A DNA stretch of 64,000 nucleotides from an uncultured Eubacteriales bacterium (GCA_964429695.1 CAYSCS010000101.1:19901-83900), one strand, 5' to 3'; shown: positions 43,301-53,139, numbered from the stretch's first letter. A program made the numbers and translations. The notes: a model not told the origin generated them from the letters alone.

Positions 43301-43418
43301 TTCTTCACCTTTTAAATACTTTTTTCTTATTATATATTTCTTATTATATATGCTTATTATTAAAAATAATAATAAAAATCAAACTAAATGTGGAAATCTA
43401 TCGTAATTTATTTATTCT
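43301..43418. promoter_or_regulatory. AT-rich putative DNA-unwinding element with a DnaA-box-like site, between dnaA and dnaN (oriC candidate, part 2)
   Basis: The stretch is more than 85% A+T, with direct repeats 'cttattatatat' x2 plus 'cttattatta'. The site 'TGTGGAAAT' matches the DnaA-box consensus at 7 of 9 positions. Confidence 0.5.
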
Positions 43419-44750
43419 TCAGTAAATCTGGCTGATCAAACTGTTTATTTCTTTGTTGAATTCCGGGTCTTTAGACCTGAGCTTTTCAATTTTTCTAATG
43501 CTGTGTAAGACTGTTGTGTGATGTTTTCCACCGAATTTTCTACCTATTTCAGGCAGAGAACTTTTACTCAACTCCTTGCACAAATACATGGCAATTTGTC
43601 GGGGAAAAGCAACTTTTGGAGAATTGTTTCTAGATTTCAATTCAGAAAGCTTAATTTTAAATCTATGACAAATCACCTTCTGTATTTTTTCCACAGTCAC
43701 AGAAACTTCTGTTTCATCAAGCAATCCCTTTAAGGCTTCTTTAGCCAGTTCAAGGTCAATTGGTTCTCCTCTTAGAGAGGAAAAGACGATTACTCTCCTT
43801 AAATACCCCTCTAACTCTCTTATGTTCGAATGAACTTTATCTGCAATGTAAAGAGCCACGCTTTCAGGGAGGTTGATTCCTTCTAACTCAGATTTTTTCT
43901 TAAGAATGGCAATTCTTGTCTCAATGTCTGGAGGTTTTAAATCTGCAATCAAACCCCATTCGAATCTTGAACTGAAACGTTCTTCAAGGTTGGGAATCTC
44001 TTTTGGAGGGCAGTCTGAGGAGATGACAATCTGTTTCTGATTATCATAAAGATGGTTAAAGGTGTGAAAAAATTCTTCTTTCGTTCTTTCTCTTCCAGAA
44101 AGGTAGTGGATATCATCCATCAACAGAACATCCACTTCCCTGTACTTTTGTCTGAAATCGAGAATTTTTCCGTATTGAAGATGATTAATTAAATCGTTCA
44201 TAAATTTTTCTGTAGTGATGTAAAGAATTTTGAGACGCTGATTATTTTTCAAAGTCAGGTGGCCAATTGCATTCATTAGATGGGTTTTGCCCAGTCCTGC
44301 ACCTCCGTAAATAAAAAGGGGGTTGTATGACTTAGCCGGGTTTTTTGAGACCGCCAAAGAGGCTGCATGGGCAAACTGATTGCAGGAGCCGACGACGAAA
44401 TTTTCGAAGGTGTAATTGGGATTAAGATTGGGATTTAGAATTGACCCCTGTTTCGAGCGACGCTCAAGGGGGGAGACGCGCATAAATGAACTCGATTTTT
44501 CATCAAATATGTAATGGATATCAAAGACAGCACCAAGAATTTCTTTTGAACAGGAATTGATAAGCTCAGAATAATGGAAGGAAAGCCAATCTTTGAAATA
44601 TGAGTTAGGGACTTTGATGTACAGAACATCCTTTTCTTTTCCTATGTAAGAGGTTGGCTCAAACCAGGTTTCGAAGCTCTGTTGGTCAATTTTTTTCCTT
44701 ATGGCTTCCACAATTTGAAGCCAAATGTTTGATTTTTCCTCAGATTCCAT
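43419..44750 (-). CDS. dnaA: Chromosomal replication initiator protein DnaA
   Basis: Carries AAA+ 'GGAGLGKTHL' and 'LLMDDIHYLSG'. The C-terminal DNA-binding region 'IAMYLCKELSKSSLPEIGRKFGGKHHTTVLHSIRKIE' is present. Confidence 0.95.
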   Translation of the reverse strand: MESEEKSNIWLQIVEAIRKKIDQQSFETWFEPTSYIGKEKDVLYIKVPNSYFKDWLSFHYSELINSCSKEILGAVFDIHYIFDEKSSSFMRVSPLERRSKQGSILNPNLNPNYTFENFVVGSCNQFAHAASLAVSKNPAKSYNPLFIYGGAGLGKTHLMNAIGHLTLKNNQRLKILYITTEKFMNDLINHLQYGKILDFRQKYREVDVLLMDDIHYLSGRERTKEEFFHTFNHLYDNQKQIVISSDCPPKEIPNLEERFSSRFEWGLIADLKPPDIETRIAILKKKSELEGINLPESVALYIADKVHSNIRELEGYLRRVIVFSSLRGEPIDLELAKEALKGLLDETEVSVTVEKIQKVICHRFKIKLSELKSRNNSPKVAFPRQIAMYLCKELSKSSLPEIGRKFGGKHHTTVLHSIRKIEKLRSKDPEFNKEINSLISQIY

Positions 44751-44882
44751 TTTTCATTCAGATTTTCACAGATTTTTCCACAACTGTGGAAAAATTAGCC
44801 CTCCTTTGTGACAAAAAACTTGAAGGCTTGCATATGATAGCACCCTTAAAAATAGATATCAATATGTTTATAAAAAATATTT
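44751..44882. promoter_or_regulatory. DnaA-box cluster upstream of dnaA (oriC candidate, part 1)
   Basis: An inverted DnaA-box pair 'TTTTCCACAACTGTGGAAAA' is present (TTTTCCACA and TGTGGAAAA, 8 of 9 each against TTATCCACA). 'TTTTCACAG' lies nearby. Confidence 0.55.
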
Positions 44883-47846
44883 TTAAAAATCAAACCCAAT
44901 CCAAAATTTAGTCTCGAAATTACCATAGGAATTGAAATCAAAGGGATTTTTAATGGCTGGCCATTCAAGACGCTTGGCAAATTCAAGATGGACAGGAAGT
45001 CCTAAGAGAAAGAATTCAAATCCATATCCGTAAGAGCCAATGGCTTCTGATTCTCTAAAGAGAGGGGCTCCAGATGAATCTAATCCTTCAAAGGAAATAA
45101 ATTTTGCTGGATAACCTTTTAGCTTAGCTTGAGCAACGTCAAAGAAGAACGTTCCTCTCACAGGGCCTATCTGTCCGATGAGAGTTGAGGCAGAATTTAT
45201 CAAGGGAAACCTTAATTCAAGGTTGGCATACCATCCTTGGTTGGCGATTATGTTGTAGTAATATGAAGAACGGACCTGGTTGTTGCCTCCAAAATAAAAA
45301 ATGTAAGGATTTTTTCCCCAGCTTCCAAAGCCTTCAAATCGAACGGCAAAAATCAAATCAGCCCCAAGATGAAGATAATGTCTCAGGTCCACTTCGAGGC
45401 TAGTGTTATTGAAAAAACTTTCAGCTAGAGGAAGGGCCTGGGAAAAAGTGATCCTAAATGTGTTTCCGCTTACAGGTCCATAATATTTAAACTTAGTGGT
45501 TTCTCCGATCAAAGAGAAATTTAGTAAAAGATGGTTTCCATTCCAGAAGCTGGTAAAGGTTCGCCCCCTGACGAAAAGACTGTGAGTTAGATAAGGATTA
45601 TAGAAATCTTCTTCATAATGATAGAAACCGAGGCTCGCTTCTGTCCTTAAGTATTTGTTAAGTGGGTAATAGGAGCTTATGCTTATTCCTGAAATCTTGC
45701 GAGTTGCAAGAGCATCTTTATAAGTCAGAAAGTTATAGAAATAAGGGTCGTAGTAAGAATATGGTGGATAATAAAAGAGGGTATATTGGAAGACACTGGC
45801 AAGATACTGAAGCCTTTTTTTCTGGTTGATATAAGCAAAATAGTAAGAACGAAAGCTCCTCACTTGATAAGCCATGATGTAGAAGTTATGGTCACCTAAA
45901 AGGTCAGTAAAGGAAAGGGCAGAGCCTCCGTAGATGGAACCGTCTGTAGAGACAATGGTATCAACTGGGGGGCGTGAAGCGAGGTAAAGTTTCCCCAGCC
46001 CCTTATAATGTTCTATTTTGTTTTCATCGATTTCAAAGGAGAGGATTGGCTCAAACCTTTTGAATTGCTCTTCTTGCTTTCGTTCACTAAAAATAATTTT
46101 CTCCTCGATTTTTCCTTCGAGTTCACTTTGATAAATCTGGAAGGAACTCTTGTTAAAAGAAGAAAACACGATTTTCTGAGGTTCCCGCGGAAGAGGAATG
46201 GGGAAAAAGTTTCCGCTACGTACATCGGTGTAGCGCTTTAATTCACCGCTTTGTATATTTATAGAATAAATGTTGAACGCACCCCTTTTGTCTGAGGAGA
46301 AGAAGATCTCTTTTGAATCTGAGGCAAAATGGGGAGCTATGGCATTTTCATCTCCAAAGGTCAGCTGTTTCTTCTGCTTGAGGTCTTCAGCGGGGGAAAT
46401 AAAAAGCTTGTCATAGGCGTCGATACGAATGGTATAGGCGATTAATTTTCCATCCGGAGAAATATTAGGGGCCTTTTCAAAAAGGTCATCCTGAGTTAAA
46501 TTGGTAAATTCTTGGGTTAAGAGGTTGACTTTGAAGATGTCGTATATTCCATTATCAAAGGCAGTAAAGAGAAGCTCTTCCCTGTCAGGGAAAAAACAGG
46601 GGGAAGCGGGCTGATCAAAAGGAATCGGAATTTTTTTTAGAGTCTTTCCTGTTAAAGGGCTCAGGATAAAAAGAGAATGTTTCCTTCCTGATCGAGCAAA
46701 GAAGACAATTCTATCTCCATCCGGAGACCAGGCAATGTCTTTCCCCATCGAAGGATCGATCTCATATTTTATGCGTTCATATTTGATGGTATAACCCTTT
46801 GTGATGTTCTTAATAACTGAGCCGTCTTTGGTTGAAACAAGGATTATATCTAGGTCATTATCTTTTACATTTAGAGCGAGAGCCGCCACTATGTCTCCTG
46901 AAGGCGAGACTGCGTGGGAGAGAGAAAAATAATAGGGATTTTGAGGGAAAACCGGTCCGATGGGGAAGCTGTAATCTTCCGGGCTTTCTCTGTCGAGGAA
47001 ATCTCTGTGTTTCAGACGAAGATATTTTTTGAATTCATGATTGAATTCCTTAGTTGTCATATTAAATGCTTTTTTAATCGGGTCTTTTCTCCCCACCCGA
47101 GGCATTGTTTTTAGTGCTTGCCAGAGCTCGTGGATTCCACTTTTTCCATACTTATGCTCGATGAAATCAAAGATGGCGTGCCCGAAGTCATAGTCAGGAG
47201 GACGGGGAAGAGGATAAGAAGACACAAGTTCCCCCGACTCGTTTAGCTCAGGAATTCTATCGTTTAACACAGCATCTCTTACAATTAATGAAGACCAGGA
47301 AGACCAATTCTGGGTATTATACTCGCAGAAGCCTTCCATTATCCACCCCGGAGGTTGAGTCAGGGCATAAAGAACACCACCTGGGCTTCCCCAAAGAAGG
47401 TCATATTCGAAGATGTGAGTCAACTCATGGATGATTAGCTCTTGAATCTCATCAGGAGCCATGTCTCCCTGGATGGCTATGCGATAGAGGACTGGCTCTG
47501 CCACCCCCAGAACTCCTTCTGGAAGCTGGAAAAGATTTGTCTGCTCAAAATCTGTGGAAGTTTTGTAATAAATGAGAGGCACAGGCGCCGAGAGTTCATG
47601 TTTTATGTTTTGACTGATGCGCAGATAGGCACTTTCTGCCATTGCAGAAAGAATTTTAAGCACCCAGGGAGAATCCATGTAGTAGTGGATGTCGAAATGT
47701 TCTGTTTTGTAGTGTTTCCACTTAAAATTTTCATAGATGACCTTATTTTTTCCATAATAAGGGAAATAGATCACTTGGGATAGCCCGAAGATGCTCGAAA
47801 GAATCCAAAGGGTGATGGATAAGGCCAATTTTTTGTGATTTTTCAT
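44883..47846 (-). CDS. Large outer-membrane protein: an N-terminal HExxH (gluzincin-like) domain, a central PD40/TolB-type beta-propeller and a C-terminal Omp85-superfamily beta-barrel
   Basis: There is an N-terminal signal/TM 'LALSITLWILSSIFGL'. 'IIHELTHIFEYD' with a downstream 'IMEGFCEY' forms an HExxH+E arrangement. PD40 repeats include 'WSPDGDRIVFFARS' and 'ISPDGKLIAYT'. The C-terminal barrel shows a BamA-like loop-6 'GPVRGTFFFD' and the terminal 'KFWIGFDF'. Confidence 0.7.
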   Translation of the reverse strand: MKNHKKLALSITLWILSSIFGLSQVIYFPYYGKNKVIYENFKWKHYKTEHFDIHYYMDSPWVLKILSAMAESAYLRISQNIKHELSAPVPLIYYKTSTDFEQTNLFQLPEGVLGVAEPVLYRIAIQGDMAPDEIQELIIHELTHIFEYDLLWGSPGGVLYALTQPPGWIMEGFCEYNTQNWSSWSSLIVRDAVLNDRIPELNESGELVSSYPLPRPPDYDFGHAIFDFIEHKYGKSGIHELWQALKTMPRVGRKDPIKKAFNMTTKEFNHEFKKYLRLKHRDFLDRESPEDYSFPIGPVFPQNPYYFSLSHAVSPSGDIVAALALNVKDNDLDIILVSTKDGSVIKNITKGYTIKYERIKYEIDPSMGKDIAWSPDGDRIVFFARSGRKHSLFILSPLTGKTLKKIPIPFDQPASPCFFPDREELLFTAFDNGIYDIFKVNLLTQEFTNLTQDDLFEKAPNISPDGKLIAYTIRIDAYDKLFISPAEDLKQKKQLTFGDENAIAPHFASDSKEIFFSSDKRGAFNIYSINIQSGELKRYTDVRSGNFFPIPLPREPQKIVFSSFNKSSFQIYQSELEGKIEEKIIFSERKQEEQFKRFEPILSFEIDENKIEHYKGLGKLYLASRPPVDTIVSTDGSIYGGSALSFTDLLGDHNFYIMAYQVRSFRSYYFAYINQKKRLQYLASVFQYTLFYYPPYSYYDPYFYNFLTYKDALATRKISGISISSYYPLNKYLRTEASLGFYHYEEDFYNPYLTHSLFVRGRTFTSFWNGNHLLLNFSLIGETTKFKYYGPVSGNTFRITFSQALPLAESFFNNTSLEVDLRHYLHLGADLIFAVRFEGFGSWGKNPYIFYFGGNNQVRSSYYYNIIANQGWYANLELRFPLINSASTLIGQIGPVRGTFFFDVAQAKLKGYPAKFISFEGLDSSGAPLFRESEAIGSYGYGFEFFLLGLPVHLEFAKRLEWPAIKNPFDFNSYGNFETKFWIGFDF

Positions 47847-47859
47847 AAGTTTTCTTTCG

Positions 47860-48567
47860 TCATTTATATATCAAATACCTTTCTTCAACCATACTTTCGC
47901 CAAAAAAATTGCGGAAAAGCTTAGTTTTTACTTTACGGATTAAGTCAAAAAAAGCAAAATAAGCGGTCTGGTTTGGGTTCCTGTAAGATTGGGTTTCCTT
48001 GAAGTTTTTTTTGAATAAAATTTTTCCGGATTCTGGATCGACGAGGTAGAAGTCGACACTCAGAGAGTAGAATTTTCGCTCCGCAAGTCCTTTTTCGGGA
48101 GGAAAGGGCTCCTCATATCTACTTGGAGGTCTTTTTTCTATGAGTGCCTTCCTTATTTCCTCGCTGTAGGATGCAGTTCCCGTAATCAACAGAGAATCTT
48201 TACTTCCCAAGGAAGCATTTTTCCAGAACCCTTCATCCTCAAGGACTTCTTCTTTTTCAATCATAATCTCTCTTGAAATAACCTCTCCTTCAAACTTACG
48301 CTTGAGTTCTGTCTCTAAGAAACTAACGATTTCAGAACTGAGGTTGATGTCTTTTGTCTCTTTTTTCACATAGAAATTGGTGAGAATGAGCATTTCATAG
48401 GCATCAAGGTCAATGACCTTTTTCCCAGGAAGCTCGAGCTTCAATTTCAAGTACGAACCAGACGAGCAGGAAAAGAAAAAAACAGCGAGTCCCAAAAAAA
48501 GAAGCTTAATTCTCGACTTCTTTTTCCATGCTTTGAAGATATTTTTTAAAACTTTCATAATTAGCAA
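47860..48567 (-). CDS. Hypothetical lipoprotein
   Basis: Signal with lipobox 'LAVFFFSCSSG'. No recognised domain. It lies 13 nt upstream of the 987-aa gene. Confidence 0.5.
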   Translation of the reverse strand: MLIMKVLKNIFKAWKKKSRIKLLFLGLAVFFFSCSSGSYLKLKLELPGKKVIDLDAYEMLILTNFYVKKETKDINLSSEIVSFLETELKRKFEGEVISREIMIEKEEVLEDEGFWKNASLGSKDSLLITGTASYSEEIRKALIEKRPPSRYEEPFPPEKGLAERKFYSLSVDFYLVDPESGKILFKKNFKETQSYRNPNQTAYFAFFDLIRKVKTKLFRNFFGESMVEERYLIYK

Positions 48568-48859
48568 GAATGTATTTATTACCAGGGCTTATTTTTAAGG
48601 CTTCTTTATATTCCTTCTCGGCTTCTTCCCAAAGGCCTTTTTTTTCATAAGCAACTGCCAAATTATTGTGGGCTGCAGCAGAAGTAGGGTTTTCAAGGAG
48701 AACTTTTTTCCAGCGAAAAATTGCCTCCTCCCAGAGATCCTTCTCTGCCGCAAAAATGCCAAACTGAAGTTGATGGTCAGAAAGGGAGCGGCTGCATCCG
48801 CTCTGGAAAAAGAGGACGGCAAGGGAAATTCCTGAAAAAAGGAAAAAATTTCTTTTCAT
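48506..48859 (-). CDS. TPR-repeat lipoprotein
   Basis: Signal with lipobox 'FFQSGCSRS'. TPR-like 'AAAHNNLAVAYEKKGLWEEAEKEYKEALKISPGNKYILANY' follows. Confidence 0.6.
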   Translation of the reverse strand: MKRNFFLFSGISLAVLFFQSGCSRSLSDHQLQFGIFAAEKDLWEEAIFRWKKVLLENPTSAAAHNNLAVAYEKKGLWEEAEKEYKEALKISPGNKYILANYESFKKYLQSMEKEVEN

Positions 48860-49063
48860 TTATTATTAAAGTAATTCTTTTTCGAAGTTCAGTCAAGGAT
48901 TCAAGGCTTAATTTTAATGACCATTCAGCTTTTTTATATCTTGAGAAAATGAAAGACTAACAAATAGATGGGCCTTTTCTTCGAATATTTCCTTTGCTCA
49001 AATTTTTATACTTGGCTTTTCGAATGAAATATGCTATAAGAAGGGTCTAAGCAGAGAGAAAAA

Positions 49064-49255
49064 ATGGCGAGAAGATGTGAAGTTTGCGGAAAAGGGCCGA
49101 GATTCGGAGTCTCACTCAGTCATTCCCATAAGGCATCAAAGAAAAAATGGAAGCCAAACCTTCAGCATGTAAAGGCACAGACTGAAGAAGGAGTGAGGAA
49201 GATATGGGTTTGTACCAGATGCTTGCGTTCGAGTAAGGTTAAAAAGGCAATTTAA
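49064..49255 (+). CDS. rpmB: 50S ribosomal protein L28
   Basis: 63 aa, beginning 'MARRCEVCGKGPRFGVSLSHSHKASKKKWKPNLQ'. Confidence 0.92.
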   Translation: MARRCEVCGKGPRFGVSLSHSHKASKKKWKPNLQHVKAQTEEGVRKIWVCTRCLRSSKVKKAI

Positions 49256-51405
49256 ATCCTCTCCACAGAATTGATTTCTTTAATCCTGGATATTTTTCTG
49301 ATTATGCTTTCCAAGACTTTGATGTCTCTTATGCGCAGAGCAATTTTTAATTCTGCCTTTTTATCCTCAAAGGTGAGGACTTCGGCCTTGGTTATGTTCC
49401 CTCCCAAATGAGCGATTGCTGAACTCAGCTTAGCAAGAACGCCTGGGGTGTCTTCACTGCGGATGAGGAGCCTTGCCTTGAAGTCCTTTCCAGAAAAGAC
49501 CCCCCAGGAAACCTCTATCATCCTTAGAGAATCAAGGATTTCTTTTTTTATCAGTGGACAACGCAAGGCATGGACAGTAATTCCTTTCCCGGAAGTAATA
49601 TATCCTGTTATGGGTTCCCCTTTGACTGGGGAACAGCATTTGGCAAGCCTGAGAGAGAGGCCGCTCGGGTCTCTTACCTCTACCTCGACATTTCCCTTTC
49701 CGCTCACTTTTTTCATCATTTTTATATAAAGTGGTTCTTTTTTCGATTCTAATTCGAGGGAGGGGAAGAGCTTCTCCAAAATTTTTCTATTAAGGATAAT
49801 TTTCCCGTAGCCAAGGCAGGAATAAAATTCATCCCAGCTCTTGAGGCGGAAGTTCGTTGCCTTTGCCACGCTTTGAAGAAGAGATTCTTCTTCCAAGGTT
49901 TCTGCGGAAAGATTATATTTTTTCAATTGCCTTTCCCAAAGCTTCCTACCTAAGGCGCTTTTCTTAATTTTCTCCTGCTGATTAAGCCAGCGTTTGATGT
50001 GGTGGCGGGCTTTTGAGGTAGAGACCATATTCAACCATTCTCTGGCAGGGGTAACATCTTCAGAGGTAAGTATCTCTACGATGTCTCCAGGTTGGAGAAT
50101 GTTCTTTAAAGGGGCCTCTCTTCCATTTATTTTTGCTGCTCTGGCGTGCATGCCTAATTCAGAGTGAATCTTGAAGGCAAAATCGAGAGCAGAGGCACCA
50201 AGGGGGAGAGTAATCACCTCTCCCTTTGGAGTAAAGACATATATTTCTTCTGGAACGAGGTCGTTTTTCAAGCTCTTCAAAAATTGTTGAGGATTCTTCT
50301 GTTCTTTATAGAGCTCAACCATCTCTCTCAGCCAGTAAAGCCTTTTATCTTCCTGAAGGATTGCATGAGGGTCTTTCTCCTTATATTTCCAGTGAGCCGA
50401 GATTCCATTTTCAGCGAGGTTGTGCATTTCGTGAGTGCGTATTTGGATTTCGACCGTTTGTTTCTTTTCAGTTATGATTGTGGTATGAAGTGACTGGTAA
50501 AGATTTGGTTTAGGCATGGCTATGAAGTCTCGAAAACGATGGGGAATATGGGGCCATTTTTGATGGATAATGCCCAAAGCTGAATAGCAATTATTTACTG
50601 AGTCGGTGATGAGACGCAAAGCCATGAAATCGAAGACCTGGTTGAAATCAATTTGTTGCCTTCGCATCTTATGGTATATGCTATAAAGACGCTTTATGCG
50701 GTAAAAGATTTGGGCAGGGATGTTATTTTGATTCATCAAATCTTCTAAGGTTTTTCCTATCTTCTTTAGCTCGGCTTCAGCTTCCTTTTTTAGGGGGTCG
50801 ACGAGCGAGGCTATTTTGAAGTAGTTTTCAGGGTCCACATAGCGAAAGGAGAGGTCTTCGAGTTCTGCTTTTATTCTTCCCATTCCCAGCCTATTAGCAA
50901 TTGGTGCATAAATTTCGAGTGTTTCTTCGGCTATCTGTTTTTGCTTGTCATCGGGAAGAAATTTTAAGGTCTTCAGGTTATGAATACGGTCTGCGAGTTT
51001 AATGAAAATGACTCTTAAGTCATCTGTCATGGCGAGGATTATTTTCCTAATCGTCTCGGCCTGCCTTCTTTCAGGGGTTGACTCTTCCATACGACTGATC
51101 TTGGTCACCCCTTCCACAAGGTGAGCAACCTTATCGCCAAAGGCTTGTTGGAGGTCCGCAATGGTGACATCTGTGTCTTCTAAAACATCATGGAGGAGGC
51201 CGGCGACAAGTGTGGTGCTATCAAGCTTCATATCTGCCAGCATGTTTGCGACTTCTAGGGGATGGCTGAGGTATGGTTCTCCCGAACGCCTTGTTTGCCC
51301 CTTGTGCGCACGAGCCGCAAAGACATAGGCTTTCTTGAGAAGGTTTATTTCTTTTTCCTTATAAACGGGCGTAACCTTTTCCAGAATATCATCAAATCTG
51401 AGCAT
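49252..51405 (-). CDS. rel: Bifunctional (p)ppGpp synthetase/hydrolase (RelA/SpoT homologue)
   Basis: The HD domain shows 'HPLEVANMLADM...LHDVLEDT'. The synthetase domain shows 'RIKRLYSIYHKM'. TGS and C-terminal ACT domains are present. 717 aa. Confidence 0.93.
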   Translation of the reverse strand: MLRFDDILEKVTPVYKEKEINLLKKAYVFAARAHKGQTRRSGEPYLSHPLEVANMLADMKLDSTTLVAGLLHDVLEDTDVTIADLQQAFGDKVAHLVEGVTKISRMEESTPERRQAETIRKIILAMTDDLRVIFIKLADRIHNLKTLKFLPDDKQKQIAEETLEIYAPIANRLGMGRIKAELEDLSFRYVDPENYFKIASLVDPLKKEAEAELKKIGKTLEDLMNQNNIPAQIFYRIKRLYSIYHKMRRQQIDFNQVFDFMALRLITDSVNNCYSALGIIHQKWPHIPHRFRDFIAMPKPNLYQSLHTTIITEKKQTVEIQIRTHEMHNLAENGISAHWKYKEKDPHAILQEDKRLYWLREMVELYKEQKNPQQFLKSLKNDLVPEEIYVFTPKGEVITLPLGASALDFAFKIHSELGMHARAAKINGREAPLKNILQPGDIVEILTSEDVTPAREWLNMVSTSKARHHIKRWLNQQEKIKKSALGRKLWERQLKKYNLSAETLEEESLLQSVAKATNFRLKSWDEFYSCLGYGKIILNRKILEKLFPSLELESKKEPLYIKMMKKVSGKGNVEVEVRDPSGLSLRLAKCCSPVKGEPITGYITSGKGITVHALRCPLIKKEILDSLRMIEVSWGVFSGKDFKARLLIRSEDTPGVLAKLSSAIAHLGGNITKAEVLTFEDKKAELKIALRIRDIKVLESIIRKISRIKEINSVERI

Positions 51406-51425
51406 CAGAAAATTCTCTCCTCAAA

Positions 51426-52016
51426 TCAAGAGCCCTCCCGAAGAAGATTCTCTCTGTTGAGAATCCAATTGACCGCTTCCAAGATGTTTATGGCAACGTG
51501 AGCAGGACTTACTTTTAGCTGGTTTAAGGAGGCTCGAGTTTTTTCCCCGTAACCAGTGAGGACTAGTATCGAGGAGGCATTTATGTTCAGGCCAAAGAGG
51601 ATGTCTTCTACTTTATCTCCAATTACATAAGATGCTTTGAGGTCGATGTTGAGGTCTTGTGCGGCTCGAAGAGCCATCCCATATTTTGGTTTACGACAGG
51701 CGCAATCTTTCCTGTAACGTGGATCAGAGGAAAAGAGGTAGTGGGGGCAGTAGTAGAATTTGTCTAAGTGGGCCTTATGCCTTGAAAAAGAGGCTGAAAT
51801 TCTCTTATGTAAATCGGTTAGGGCTTCTTCTGAAATCAAACCTCTTCCTATGCCTGATTGGTTGGTGGCGACGATGGCTAGAAAGCCGGCCGAGTTTATT
51901 TTCCTTACGGCTTCGAAACTGAAGGGAAAAATCTTTATCATCTGAAAAGAGGAAGAATATCCTACTTCCTCATTTAGAGTCCCATCTCTATCTAAAAAGA
52001 CAGCTCTTTTTCTCAT
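51426..52016 (-). CDS. gmhB: D-glycero-D-manno-heptose-1,7-bisphosphate 7-phosphatase (HAD-IIIA)
   Basis: Carries 'AVFLDRDGTLN' and 'VATNQSGIGRG'. Confidence 0.85.
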   Translation of the reverse strand: MRKRAVFLDRDGTLNEEVGYSSSFQMIKIFPFSFEAVRKINSAGFLAIVATNQSGIGRGLISEEALTDLHKRISASFSRHKAHLDKFYYCPHYLFSSDPRYRKDCACRKPKYGMALRAAQDLNIDLKASYVIGDKVEDILFGLNINASSILVLTGYGEKTRASLNQLKVSPAHVAINILEAVNWILNRENLLREGS

Positions 52017-53017
52017 CTAAGAAACTCCTCCCCTGCTGCAAAGACCTCCTCGACAGAGATTAGCTTCATGCACTGGTGTTCAAACGGGCATTCTCTATAA
52101 CTACAGGGGGAGCAAGCAACCTCGTGTCTTATCACCTTAGCAGGTTTCTGAAAGGGGCCTGTGACTTCTGGATTTGTGGGACCAAAGATGGCCACTACAG
52201 GGATTTTAAGGGAATTTGCCAGGTGCATGGAGCCTGAATCGTTGGTGACGAAAAGAGAAGCATGGCTTATTAAACCCGCCAAGAGGAGGAGGTCGGTTTG
52301 CCCCGCGAAGTTCAATGGTTTTTTAGGCAGCAAAGAGGAGATGAATGAAGACAGCTCTTTTTCTTGTTCTGAGCCGATGATGAGGATTTCAGCAGAGAAG
52401 CATTTTTCAAACATCTTTGCCACCTCTGCAAACCTTTCTGCAGGCCATCTTTTCGATGACCCGTAGGCTGCACCAGGATTGAGGACTATGAGCGGTTTAG
52501 AAAGGTCTGCTCCCATAGAAATAAGCGCTTCTTCTGCTCGCATCTTTTGTTCTTGAGGAAGAGGGAAGTGAAGTGAGGGGGTAATTGGATGAAGACCAAG
52601 CGCTGAAAGAAGATTCAGATAGTAGTGAAGCTGATGATGAGTCTTTTCTAGGTTTTTGGGAGAAACAGCCCTTGTTAGGAGGATTGCCCTGCCATCTGTG
52701 GCATATCCCCATCTTTCGGGTATTTTTGCAAGGAAAAAGAGAAGTGCAGAAGAAAAGGAATTGGTGAGCAGAAAGCCGAGGTCAAATTCGTGCTCTTTAA
52801 TTTTCCGCGATGCAATTCTTGAATTCTTAAAATCAGTCTTGTGAGGGAGAGTGAGGATTCCTTTTATATTTTCTAAGGTCAAAAAGAGGTCCTTTACCCA
52901 TTCTTTGGCAATAATCCATATTTCTGATTGAGGGAAATTCTGGCTTATACTCTGGATGGTAGGGAAAGAAAGAATTGAATCTCCAATCCAGTTCGGGACT
53001 CTAATTGCAATTTTCAC
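52013..53017 (-). CDS. ADP-heptose:LPS heptosyltransferase (glycosyltransferase family 9)
   Basis: Carries 'MKIAIRVPNWIGDSILSFPTI' (GT9 N-terminus) and 'TNDSGSMHLANSL'. Confidence 0.8.
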   Translation of the reverse strand: MKIAIRVPNWIGDSILSFPTIQSISQNFPQSEIWIIAKEWVKDLFLTLENIKGILTLPHKTDFKNSRIASRKIKEHEFDLGFLLTNSFSSALLFFLAKIPERWGYATDGRAILLTRAVSPKNLEKTHHQLHYYLNLLSALGLHPITPSLHFPLPQEQKMRAEEALISMGADLSKPLIVLNPGAAYGSSKRWPAERFAEVAKMFEKCFSAEILIIGSEQEKELSSFISSLLPKKPLNFAGQTDLLLLAGLISHASLFVTNDSGSMHLANSLKIPVVAIFGPTNPEVTGPFQKPAKVIRHEVACSPCSYRECPFEHQCMKLISVEEVFAAGEEFLR

Positions 53018-53139
53018 AATCCAAATTTTATTCCTTAAGGGATCAAATTGTCAAAAACAGAGACTTTCCTCGGGCCTTATCTAAGGTCTTCATTTTTAAG
53101 GCATTTCAAGAAAAAGAAGGCTTAATATTGATTATTTGT

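Noticed and set aside
43301-43418. Short direct repeats 'cttattatatat' x2 considered as a mini CRISPR or tandem-repeat locus.
   Set aside because: There are only two or three copies, with no spacer structure, inside an AT-rich stretch between dnaA and dnaN. It is consistent with an origin DUE, not CRISPR.
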